Below, piece by piece: positions 1-10,918 of a stretch of DNA of 64,000 bases (the first letter of the stretch is position 1; the number at the start of each line of letters is the position of its first letter). The notes beneath the pieces were generated by a model. The model was not told where the DNA came from and searched no databases. It saw only the letters and a list, made by a program, of their open reading frames with translations. The translations under genes and the position numbers were made by a program. The stretch is from Callorhinchus milii (Eukaryota). The DNA is taken from assembly GCF_018977255.1 (NCBI RefSeq), contig NW_024704742.1, forward strand, positions 109,618,001 to 109,682,000, given 5' to 3'.

Positions 1-404
1 TTAAAGTGTTTTGTCACTGAGAACACAATATTTGATAACATCAGTTGTGGTAGATTGCAAAGGAAGAGAATTGATGTGCATTTTCAACTTCTGAGTTCAG
101 GTGTATATTCAAGTTAAAGATATGCATGTCATTGTTAGTTTATGCATCCTTTCTGTCACTGAGGACAAAATAGAGATTCCATTCTTTAGTTATCTTACCT
201 CAGAGAGAACATAAATGAAATGTGTCAGCTTCTATTACCCACATAAAAAACATTCATTCTGTTTGGGGAGGCCACAAACTGGAACTGAAAGAAAAAAGTT
301 TTTTTCTAAATTAATGTTTTAAGCAAAGAAATTGTCTATACACATTATTGAAAGGTATATTATATCTATTTGAATGGTATTTAAAATAATTCACCTACAA
401 ATAC

Positions 405-492
405 ACAGTCACTACACCTTACAGTAAATCCAGAGAAGCGCTTTGAGACCGTATGCTAAGACACTATATCAACATAAAGTTTTTTCATTATT
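405..492 (+). mobile_element. Degraded SINE/L2-type 3' tail fragment
   Basis: cagtcactacac...aagcgctttgagac...ctatatcaa resembles the SINE tail seen elsewhere in the window. Confidence 0.5.
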
Positions 493-1058
493 ATAAATAC
501 ATTTCGGTTAGATCAATAATAGTGCTTCCATCTTATTGCATTAAAATGCACTTTCAAAGATTATGAAACTCATTCAGGGTTACATTTGCTCCAATTCACA
601 TCATGAGCCTGCACAGCTAATTATTTAGCATCATAAATTAATTTTCACTTCTAGTACATCACGAAAAGATAATTGAGAAAAAAACTTAACAAGGCCATTT
701 CAACCCTAAAGCTATTTCAATCGAATGGTTTGATATTGCAAGCACCTCCCTGTCCAATGGTATTGTTCAGGTCCCTGTCCCTTAAAAGTGCATTAATCAC
801 AATCTGCACCAAGAATTTTACTTATATATTCCTCTAGCTCTCCTTCAGTAGAAATCTGTCAAACTCAACTTTGAAAGAATTTCCATTACTAACAATATAT
901 TTTTCAAAGGAGAATTACCTTAAATGATTATTATGCTACAGTTCCAGCGTCAATGTATGTCTTCATTGAAATAGCACTCCGAAATGCAGTGTAGAGTCCC
1001 TGATGTAAATTTGAAGCACTTCCAAAAAGGTGGATTCCAAATAGTACTTTATCATTAG

Positions 1059-1434
1059 TAATAATAATAATCCTTGCATTTGATATAGTGTCTTATCACG
1101 TCTTTGAGACATCTCAAAGCGCTTCACAGAATATACTGTAAAGTGAACTGACTATATTTTATGGGCGAAACACAGCAGCCAATTGCGCACAGCAATGTCC
1201 ATAGTCTTGGATTGATTGACCATATTATTATTATTTAAACGTTTATTTTTCAAGGGATTTTTATCCCTGGAAAAGCGATCTGCCAATCGACTAACAACCG
1301 GGTTCCTACTTACTGCTAGGTAAACGTTGGCGGGGCGTAAGGAAACTTGCCCAATGTTTCGCCCCGCCCAAGCATCAAACCCAGGTCCTCTCGCTTGCGA
1401 GTCAAGTGTTCTAACCATTAAGCTACAGGACTCC
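1059..1434 (-). mobile_element. Full-length tRNA-derived SINE, long-body variant (SINE2-1_CM-like)
   Basis: Minus strand starts GGAGTCCTGTAGCT with A/B boxes, has the TGTGCGCAATTGGCTGC core, and ends TATATCAAATGCAAGGA(TTA)n. Confidence 0.85.
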
Positions 1435-1491
1435 AATGTAGGAAATAGCCTACCTGCTGTGCTTTTACTGTTTTAATCTCAAAAGATATGT

Positions 1492-3250
1492 ACAACAGCA
1501 GCAAAATTGCGTGTATAGTGCCTTTCATGTCGGAAGGATGTCCCAAGGAGCTGGACAATCAATGTTTCGGACCTGAGCTGGAGATCGGGGAGGGTGGAGG
1601 GCAGGGGGAAAGGAGGGTAACAGAAGGCACGATTGAATAGGAGGGTCTTGAAATGGGTTTTGAAGGAGGCAAGGGATGGGGCGAGGTGGAGGGACTGTGG
1701 GATGGAGTTCCAGAGAGTGAGGGCAGAGTGGTAGAAGGCACGCCTGCCAATGGTGGGGCGGGTGAGGCAAGGGATGTGAAGTTGGCCGGAGCCCGGAGGG
1801 AGCGGGCAGATTAGTAGGGGGTTAGAAGGTCGGGGGGAGCAAGGCCATGGAGGGCTTTGAAAGTGAGAACCAGGATTTTGAACTGTGTGATGGGAAGCCA
1901 TTGGAGTCAGGCGTGGATGTGAGTGAGAGGGCTGGTGCGGGAGAGGACATGGGCTGCGGAGTTCTGGAAGACCTGCAGCCTTTGGAGGGAGGAGTTGGGG
2001 AGACTGACAAGCAGGGAGTTTGGGTAGTCAAGCCTGGATGTTATGAATGCCTGTATGAGGATCTCAGCAGCCTGCGGTGTGAAGTGGAGACGGTGTGAGA
2101 ACCTTTAAGGACAGAGCCATGAAGGTTGAGGTGAGAAGAGAGGCAGTGGAGGAGGGTAAGAGTGGTCAACGGAATCAAAGGCAGCAGAGCGATCAAGAAG
2201 GATGAGGAGGCAGAGGGAGCCCTGGTTGCAGATGGACAAAATGTCATTTGTCACTTTGACCAGAGCTGTTTCTGTGCAGTTGGCAGCATGGAAGCCGATT
2301 GGAGGGGTTCGTGAAAGGAGTGGCGGGAGACGAAGGAGGGTAGCGGGGAAGCAATGACTTGTTCCAGGACCTTGGAAAGGAAAGGGAGGTTGGAGACGGG
2401 GTGGTAGTTTGAGAGCAGGGATGGGTCCAGGGAGGGTTTTTAAAGGATAGAAGTGATGACAGATGTTTTTAGAAGGTTGGGAATGCTGCCAGTGGACACG
2501 GAGAGGTTTATGATGTCTGTGAGTAGGGGGGCAAAGAGGTGGAGCTGGGAGGTAGGGAGAAGGGGGAGACAGATTTGAAGGTGTGGAGGGAGGAATGTGT
2601 AGGGGCCAGGGTGTGAGAGGGAAATGGGAAGGGGGTAGTGGTCGGAAGGGCAGCTGAGTGGATCCCCTCGACTTTGGTTTCGAGGAAGTCCAGTATCTCC
2701 TCGCAGTTGGTGTTGGAGGAGAGGATGGGTGAGGCGTGAGAGGGTGGTTGGAGGAGCCAGTTGGTGATGGAGAAGAGGAGCCTGGGGTTGTCCTCGACCT
2801 CCAAGATTGTCTTGGAGTAGAAGGACGATTTAGCGAGGCGAGGGCGGAGCAGTAAGATTTGGTAAGGTCTAGCCAGATCTGCTGATGGACTGTTAAGTTG
2901 GATTTGAGCCAGGTGCGTTCCTCAGCACACACCTGAGCCTTAAGGAGCAGAAGTGGCTGGTGTACCAGGGTGACTTCTATGAGTAGGAGATGGATCGGGA
3001 AGTGAGGGGATCAAGGGCATTGAGAGTGGTGGAGAGGGAGTTGTGGAGGAGAGTGACTGAGGAGGATAGGTCATTGCGGGAGGAAGCCCAGAGGGGGAGG
3101 AGTTCAGATGACTCCAAGGCAACGGAGATGGAGGTGGGGGAGATTTTATTTCTAGGGGTGGTAGCAGATGGAGGTGGTTTGGGTGGCGGTGGGGAGCGGG
3201 ATTGCGGAGTTAAGGGAGATGAAGTAATGGTCGGAGATGGGCATGTCCAT
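1492..3250 (-). mobile_element. 5'-truncated, internally deleted L2 LINE (older subfamily)
   Basis: ORF fragments with TETALVKVTNDIL...LDRSAAFDSVDH and GRRAF...LWNSIP. L2 3' end at ~1492-1560. The YADD-containing core is missing near 2100. Confidence 0.9.
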
Positions 3251-3562
3251 GTTGTGCCATGAAGTCCAACCTACAGTATATTTGTTTCAAAGATATTGCA
3301 GACACTAGGAAACCATCTGGATTCTCTAGCGGTATCTTCAGTTAAAAAGAGGCAGTGGAATGTCACAAATTATGATTTTGGCTGCAATGTTTGACGCATG
3401 TGAAAATATGTAAGCATTATTTTCACTCCCCAATATCTTGTAAGAAGCCATTATAATGGAGAACAACCTGGAAAGATTCCCTTCTGCATCTAAGCATTCT
3501 CATTGAATCTAGTATGAAACTGGTATTAGTATAAGTCAACATATTATGACCCGATTTATATT

Positions 3563-3700
3563 TGGAGCAGAGGAATAGGAGTAGGCCATTCAGCCCCACA
3601 AGCCTGTCGCGCCATTCTATTAGATCATGGCTGATCTGTACCTCAACTCCAATTACCTGTCCTTGCCCCATATCCCTTGATATCTTTACCTAACATAGGA
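3563..3700 (-). mobile_element. CR1 LINE 3' end fragment
   Basis: ggagtaggccattcagccc...atcatggctgatct is the typical reverse complement of a CR1 3' UTR. Confidence 0.7.
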
Positions 3701-4027
3701 ACATGATCAGCGATAATATCAGCAGTAAAACTGGGTTCAAATCATCTTGTATTATCACATGGATTAAGATCACAGTAAACATTCATAGTAGTGCCAGGAA
3801 ACGCTGTTCAGAATCCAGTCATCTTCCGTTTTTTTACATCTTAACAAATTAAAGCACTTTTAATAATCCTCCGTATGCTTTCTAATGTACACTGAAGACT
3901 TTTGCTCAGCAGCATTACATTTAGAATATACCCTTAATCATTTTATTTAAGTTGTGAGAGATCTGAAAGGTTCTCTAGTTTTTATTATTAATCCTAAATT
4001 ACGTGTGTTTTCACCCTGTTTTCACAG

Positions 4028-4184
4028 TGCATTTTTCACAGACGAAGGCTCAGTCTTACAGGAGAAAGGCAGTTTGGTTGAACTGACTGAGCAGAAAATA
4101 AGCATGATGGTCCTGGATATCTGCCACAAGCCAGGTGGCAGTGAGTACCTGAGGCAAATTTATCACATCATCCAACTCAATGAG
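4028..4184 (+). CDS. KIAA0825: Internal coding exon of KIAA0825 orthologue ([53 protein letters not shown])
   Basis: Acceptor ttttcacag| and donor GAG|gtaggg. The peptide matches, from memory, human KIAA0825 ...[35 protein letters not shown]. An alternative AG at 4040-4041 is possible. Joins the next exon in phase 0. Confidence 0.9.
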
Positions 4185-5179
4185 GTAGGGAAACGGTCTT
4201 TTTACCAAGCAATTAGGTGTGTATTGGCCTGAGGCAGCATCTGCTATCAGCTAAGGGTTAGTCAAGGAGGCACAAATATTTCTTTTGAGTAGTAAATCCT
4301 AATAAAACATGGTATTAAATCAATCACAAACAGCACTGTTACTTTCTTTCACAGGTTTGTTTAAAATGAAATATCCTTGTCACATATAACTGTATTTTTA
4401 CCTATCTGGATACAGTTTTTCCAGTTTCATTTTATTTATTTCAGTCAGTGAAACTTTATCTGAATTGAATAATTTTGCTATACATTGCACTAATACCGGC
4501 TGTAGATTTATGATCAAATCAACTGAGCAACAAAAACATTTTGTAATATTTTTCAAAAGCATCAATTTGTATGTTGTCATTTGTAAGTAAAATAAGAGAA
4601 TTCATATCTGTGTTCCTCTTTTAAATATACTTTTAATATATCTGCTATTAAAATAATCTTAAAGAACTTGGCCTTAAAATATGGGATTTCATTAAAACAT
4701 CACATTAAATGAAATCACAATTGCATAGCATTTCAGTTGTCAGTTTGTTAACTTGACCTCATGATTCACTTTAGAGAATTCTCTGATCATATGTTGTGAA
4801 TTTGTAAGTGGCAGTGGGATTCAAGCGGGATGCACAAATCACATATTTTGGTGGTATAAAATAGGAAACTATTTTGTTCTCTGTCGCCCATTTATAAAGG
4901 CTCAATCTTCTGTGAAACAAGAGTTAAATGAAGGAGAAACTGAATATTCCAATAGACATTCACTGTAATATTCTAATATACCATGACTTCTGCTGTACAT
5001 TTGCTTTATTTACATTGTTGGTTCATGGCATAACAGACAATGTAAACAACCTGACAGTAATAGAATAAAGTTTGCCATCAGAAGCGAAGGGAGACATGTT
5101 TGCTTGCCTCTGATAAAACCGACTGTCTGAATTCACCTGTACAGGACATATACATTTTATCAGGAAACATTAAACTGCA

Positions 5180-5495
5180 ATACCACCTCCCAACCCGGCC
5201 GTTCCCTTTGCCCAGCAAACAAAGGCTTGCTTCATATCCCTGCACTCAATATGCTCCACAATTGCCATTTTGCCCCCTGGAACTTGATTCCTGGAGTCTC
5301 TCCAACTCGCTCCCTCCCTCCGCTCTTTCAAGGTGCATCAAGACCTAATTTTCTGACTGCACTTTTGGTCATCTTTTCCCCTCCCCTATCCCACCTCCCT
5401 TGGCTCCCATCCCCAGCTTATCTGCCCAGCCGGCAGTGTCGAGAACTTTGAGACATCCTTTTGACGTGAAAAAGGCCGCTGTGTGAATGTTGTTA
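5180..5495 (+). mobile_element. Old L2 3' fragment
   Basis: ccctggaact...ctccgctctttcaaggtgcatcaagacc, ending in a gagacatcc...gacgtgaaaaaggc-type tail. Confidence 0.6.
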
Positions 5496-5943
5496 TGTTT
5501 CTGGAAAGAAAACACCAAAATATTGCTTATATGGCACTCGGACTTTTTTCAAATAGGGCATCCGGCCTGCAGCAACAAAAGGGTTGGATCATCCTGAAAT
5601 AAACCATTGTTTTACATATTTGTATTGCTGTGACAGGGGGATAAACATTGTCACTACTTTTTATGGTTATTGGCTCTCAACCTATGGTGCAAAGGACTGT
5701 ATTTTTTTTGGTGCATGTGTGACTTAAGGATGCCACAGTGAATCAGGCTTCTTTGGAGTTCCAGCCCTATGTGATAATTGGGCACCAGAATGAAATGGGT
5801 GTTAGTGAGAAGTCTGATGTCAAAATAAACCATTCTTTTTATTGTTAAAACTTGTGCAAATTTTGTTTTTCGGGTGTGACTCACATCCTCTTATAATTGC
5901 ATTATTCTTTCACTAACATTACAGTATTTTCCTTCACCTATAG

Positions 5944-6099
5944 GACTTGTTGGAAAAACAGCTCTCTTCTCAGAATTCTTTGGATGACAATGGGACCTCT
6001 CTGAAGTCTTTGGAATTGACTTTGCTGGATTTACCACAACCTATGATTTTTAACCCCTTGCAGGTGTTTAACCATATTGGTTGCAAACATTTTGATCAG
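5944..6099 (+). CDS. KIAA0825: Coding exon of KIAA0825 orthologue (DLLEKQLSSQNSLDDNGTSLKSLELTLLDLPQPMIFNPLQVFNHIGCKHFDQ)
   Basis: Branch-like CACTAAC at ~5911, acceptor ccttcacctatag|, open frame, donor CAG|gcaagt (GC). FNP...DQ resembles recalled human FNPFHVYKAFSENMLDQ. Confidence 0.85.
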
Positions 6100-6522
6100 G
6101 CAAGTATTGTGTTACATCTTGTCATTTTTAGCAGTTCCTCAAATATTTTATTTGTTAAAAAATTGAACCTTATTTCTAAGTCTCTTGTTTCACATCAGGC
6201 TGAACTTACATCTCTGCTACCAAGAGAAGCGGGATTGTCTATTCTCAAACCTTTCCTAGACCCCTATTAGTTAGCTGCTTGGATTAAGTATCAAGCACTG
6301 CCTCATCAGCACAACCTTGTCCAATTTTCTCTTAGTTGTGAAGAGATTCTAGAACTATCCTGCCCCAGGGGCTGAGCAAAATAACTCATAGCTTCCACAG
6401 TCTGTGGCAATGCATATTGGTTTCTAATGTGCAGTTAATACAGTAGTTTGAAAATACAGAGCTAAAGCCTATCTAAGTGTTCATGGAAGGAGCAGAGAAT
6501 TGTGTTTATCTTAGTTAGCTTT

Positions 6523-6782
6523 ATAATAAATAATCCTTGCATTTGATATAGCGCTTTTCACGTCGGGAGGACGTCCCAAAGCGCTTCACAGAACACACTG
6601 TAAAGTGAATTGACTGTATATTTGTGGGCGAACGCGGCAGCCAATTGCGCACAGCAATGTCCCACAAACAGTCGTAGATTGAAAATGACCAATTTATTAT
6701 TGTTTTGTTTTTGGAGGGATTATTATTAGGCTCTGTGTGGAGTAAGGAAACTTGCCCAAGGTTTCGCCCTCTGCCTGGAATT
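6523..6782 (-). mobile_element. 5'-truncated tRNA-derived SINE
   Basis: Near-identical to the SINE family body and (TTA)n tail. Its hairpin loop is CTCCC, as in the L2 copies. Confidence 0.85.
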
Positions 6783-6973
6783 ATTATTGAATGAGCTACT
6801 ACCAGTTCAAGTTGATGGCCCAATGATCTCCCTCTATGCTTCAGTGTCAATGATTTAAATTGGAAATTGACATCAATTTTTCAATTCTGTTTTTGTGTTT
6901 ATTTTTTGTGTTTATTTCTCATGTAATAAAGATTGTAAGTATTTAGCACATCACTTGTCTTATGGCTTAGCCT

Positions 6974-7325
6974 GTCAGCCTGGCTCAGTGGTAGCACTCT
7001 CGCCTCTAAGTCAGAAGGTGTGGGTTCAAGCCCCACGTCAGGACTTGGAATCACATAGTTTAAGATGACACTTCAATGCAATGCTGGAGTTGTGTGGCAT
7101 TGTTGGAGGTGCCATACTTTGGATAAGATATTAAACCAAGGTACCATCTGTCTGTTCAGGTGGATGTTAAAGATCCCAAAAGGGATCAAAAAGGGAAAGG
7201 AGTTTCTCCTGGTGCCCTGCCTAACAATCCCCCAAATAAAATTAGTCATTCACTCCATGGCTTTTTGTGGGACATTGCTGTGTGCAAAACTGTCTGTAAA
7301 ATACATAGTTAATCCACTTTACAGT
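6974..7325 (+). mobile_element. SacSINE1-like DeuSINE (older)
   Basis: Head GTCAGCCTGGCTCAGTGGTAGCACTCTCGCCTCTAAGTCAGAAGG..GGTTCAAG, and a Deu-like core ttaaaccaagg..tctgtctgttcaggtggatgttaaagatccca. Confidence 0.75.
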
Positions 7326-7344
7326 AAGAATTATTATAAATAAA

Positions 7345-7438
7345 TATAGAAGTCACTGGGAACACTCAGCAAGTCAGGCAGCATTTAGAGATAGAGGAAA
7401 GTGAGTTCACGTTTCAGGTTGATGACCTTTCATCAGAA
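7345..7438. mobile_element. Possible Penelope-like element terminal fragment
   Basis: actcagcaagtcaggcagcat...acgtttcaggttgatgacctttcatcagaa resembles a common chondrichthyan repeat that I recall as Penelope-like. Confidence 0.4.
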
Positions 7439-7579
7439 TTATTATTATTTTATTTTACTATTATTTGTTTTTACATTTCAACTATTCTGCAATTTTCATG
7501 TTTTTGTAATATGTTTTATTTAGTCGAAATTAATTGGTGTTTCTTGCGGACACCTATATATTGTGCAAACAGTAGTCTG

Positions 7580-7880
7580 CTTCACATTCCCTGCCCGATC
7601 TGCCTCATCATCGGTAGACGAGCTTTCAGCCATTCTGACTCTGCTCTCTGAAATTCCATTCCGAAGTACTTCCATGTTGCCACCTCTCTTCCCCCTTTTT
7701 AAACTCTGTTTTAAGACCTTTTTTTGACTGCTTTAGGTCACGTTTTCCCCCTCCCCAACATCCTCGGGTTCTTCCTCAAATCCCCCACCCCAATTCAGGT
7801 GCATCCAGCCGGTGAAGCACTTTGAGACGTTCTTCCAAAAGGAATGGTTTTACACAAATTTAAATTTTAAATTGTTGTTG
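7580..7880 (+). mobile_element. Old L2 3' fragment
   Basis: catcggtagacgagctttcagcc (IGRRAFS), followed by a gtgaagcactttgagac tail and ttgttgttg. Confidence 0.6.
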
Positions 7881-9456
7881 CTTGCAGTATTTTGAATGTT
7901 GGTGAAACTTATTTTCTCCATTATCCATAGAAATGTTTGCCACTATGCAGCCTCGATCGACCAGAAGTGTGGGTGGGTGGTATGAACTGCAGACATCTTT
8001 GTGACAGCCATCAGCTCAGTCCATGCATTGCAGAGGGGCAGATACTTTGCATTAGTTTCATTCTCCCCCAGTCTCCTGCCTACTGGATCATCTTCTGATA
8101 CTGTGGCATCTTGTGGGCTGGCAGAGAACCAATTAGATTCACTCCCGATGGTGGAGGACAGACAGCTGTGGGAATTAAAGCTATTATTATGTCCTGCCTT
8201 GCCTCTATTGGGAAATATTTTTAACAATTTCTAACATAATAAATTTGTGAATTGAAACAAACCCTTACACTTAAAAGTTTTGTTACAAAAATGCCACACA
8301 ATGCATTCTTATTAGAAATATAGCAATACTGATCTCAAACAGAATAAAAGGCTTATCTTGGAAATGCTCTGATGGAAAACTCTTGAAAATGTAAGCTTAA
8401 TTAATGCCCATTTTATGGGGGTTTTGTGATCCAATGCTTTCCTTAACGCAAAGCATTCCCAAAGCAGCCAATGAGGAGATACCATTAATGAGAACAGGAG
8501 CTGATTATGTAAATTTCTCATGAAAGGATTGTGTGCAGAAAATGACATAACTTGAATAGAAATGCTAAAATAAAGGATTTGTATTGGTGAACAATAGGAC
8601 CATATCATACATGGACACACTGAGGAAAGTTAAATTTACTAAATTTATCTGGAAAAAAAACTGCAATGACAGAGAAAATGTGAAGATTGATTTAGAATTT
8701 GAACTGCAATAGCTATGAAAATAAGAGTTCAGTAATTTACAGTGAACATGTAATAATGGGCGAGCTAATGTGCTGCAAAGATTTTCCATAGTCAAAATTA
8801 AGTGCTATAAAAATGTCCATCAGACCTGAACTTAATGATTCAGACTTTTGGAAGACTGAGTGTTTCAACGGAAGCAGAAGGGAACACCTATATATTTAAT
8901 CTTGATGGCAAACTTGCAACTAATTGGGAGGTAACTTAATTGTTGTCAGGAGGTGACCATATTTAAGGAGTTTGGTAGAGCACAAACACTGTGTGAAAAA
9001 GTCATTTGTATCCATTTATAGAGCAATGAAAGGTTATCTAGGTAAAATAGAGAAGTCCTAAGGTAGAGAAGCAGCTCCCAAATATTTAATATACAGCTTC
9101 TGTTACTACATTACAGTTTGCTGTTGAGAACATGTAAACAGTATTGGTATTTACAATGGAGACTTCACTTATGCAGAATGTAAGCTAAGTGGGAGCAATT
9201 GTCATAAATGTTGACACTGCTGATATGAATTATTTAATCATCAAGATGCATTTACTGTTGTCTTTAGCTCTTGAAAAACTGTTAATGGCAACTATACCAG
9301 AATGATTTAGTAACCTCACAGAGCCCAGTGTTCAATGCTCACCCAGATCATGACTTAAAATTTATGTATGCATCATGTAGGGCTGAAAAAGTGACAATAC
9401 GCCACCGATGAATACAAGGAGCTTATAGCAACTGCAGCAATCTTGGAATTCCTGCA

Positions 9457-9760
9457 TATAAGAACATAAGAATTTGCTAGGCGAAAGAATACCAAGGTCC
9501 ATCTAGTTTGCCTTCCATCATCCCAGCAGTCGCTTGAGAGGTCGTGTCCCAAATTATATACTGTATCCCGAGATATTATTTTCTAGCAGAAATCTATCTA
9601 ATTTGTTCTTGAAACAAGCAACTTGTTCTGCTTCCATAGTCTCCCTAGGGAGCCTGTTCCATAAGTTTGCTACTCGCTCACTGAAGTAGTGTTTCCATAG
9701 ATTTGTTCTGAATTTACCTTCCTTCAATCACAGGCCATGTTCTCTGGTTCTACTGTTCAG
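9457..9760 (-). mobile_element. CR1 LINE 3' fragment
   Basis: ataagaacataaga tail repeat. Similar to the start of the 27246 copy. Confidence 0.65.
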
Positions 9761-9879
9761 TATATCTGTTGGTTGCTTGTTGATACAGAATCTAGACCTT
9801 CAAGCATCAATCTTCTTAGTTGGCTTTGCAGGCATTAGTGCTACTCATATACACAGGACATAATAGCACTAAAACACAT

Positions 9880-10020
9880 CCGCCAATGAGATGCGCTTAA
9901 GTACAACACAGTCGCACTTAACAGACACAGTCGCACCACTTAATATATAACCCTGTCAAGTGCTTTGAGACATCTCGATGACTTAATAAGGCAGTATATC
10001 AAATGCAAGGATTATTTTTA
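9880..10020 (+). mobile_element. 3' fragment of a SINE-like element with a different body and the same tail
   Basis: Body with a duplicated ACACAGTCGCAC, then gtgctttgagacatc...tatatcaaatgcaaggattatt. Confidence 0.55.
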
Positions 10021-10055
10021 TTATTGGAGGAGTGTAACCTGCACCCCCATTATGT

Positions 10056-10370
10056 GGAGTCCTGTAGCTCAGTGGCTAGAGCAATCGCCTCGCAAGTGAG
10101 AGACCTGGGTTAAATTCCTGGCAGGGTGAAACCTTGGGCACGTTCCCTTACTGCACACGCCTGATAATAATCCCTCAAGAAAAAAACATTAAAAAAAATA
10201 ATAATTTGGTCACTCAATCCACGACTGTTTATGGGACTGCTGTGCGCAATTGGCTGCCGCGTTTCGCCCACAAATATACAGTCAATTCACTTTACAGTAT
10301 ATTCTGTGAAGCGCTTTGAGACATCTCGAAGATGTGAAAAGCGCTATATCAAATGCAAGGGTTATTATTT
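10056..10370 (+). mobile_element. Full-length tRNA-Ala-like SINE
   Basis: GGAGTCCTGTAGCTCAGTGG head, anticodon arm tcgc-ctCGCaa-gtga, family core and tail. Confidence 0.9.
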
Positions 10371-10823
10371 ATCATTAGCATGATCCACCAACATTATGTA
10401 ATGGTGACTAAAATCAGAATATTAAGGAATATTTGCTATCGTCATTTAAAAACATTTAAAAATAGTTAAATTTTTTATTCTTAAACTTTTCACGTTTTTC
10501 TTTTTTGAAAACTAAATATACCATATCTACTTCATGAATATAGTGGTTTAAAAAAAATCGTTAATGCAGAGGCTACGTTAAAGTAGGTGACCTGAAGTAA
10601 AAGCTGCAATAAAAATTGATCTCATTTTTTATAAATAATGTCTAGGTGGATTCATAAATTAATTGTCATCCTATTGGAATAAAAACCTCTTCTATGTACA
10701 TGATTGATCTGATTTATCTCAGCTATTTTTCTAGATATTCTCCTTATTTAGTCTCACAGCTGGAGTTATAATTTAGTCATCATATTATCTGATTAAAACT
10801 AGCTTTTTTTTATTTTTCAACAG

Positions 10824-10918
10824 TCGGCTATATCTGAGTGGAACTGGGATTGGTCACAATTGCTACACAGTAATCTGGGACTGAGTCAGTTGACCTTCAG
10901 GGCTCTTCTAGCAAACAG
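10824..10918 (+). CDS. KIAA0825: Probable penultimate coding exon of KIAA0825 orthologue (SAISEWNWDWSQLLHSNLGLSQLTFRALLANR)
   Basis: Strong acceptor ttttttttatttttcaacag| and donor AG|gtaata (phase 2). Matches recalled human SAITKWSWNWAKLLPNYLRLDKMTFSVLLKNR. Not in the supplied ORF track. Confidence 0.9.

Noticed and set aside
3954..4232. 92-aa ORF as a stand-alone gene
   Set aside because: Only 4028-4184 is bounded by splice sites and homologous. The flanks are intron read-through.
6521..6850. Recurrent 'VRNWLPR...REKRYIKCKDYYY' ORFs as a multicopy peptide family
   Set aside because: These are translations of the non-coding SINE body.
10056..10130. tRNA-Ala gene (also at 30984, 45255, 54804)
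   Set aside because: These are SINE heads. They continue into the repeat body and vary between copies at the anticodon arm and B box.
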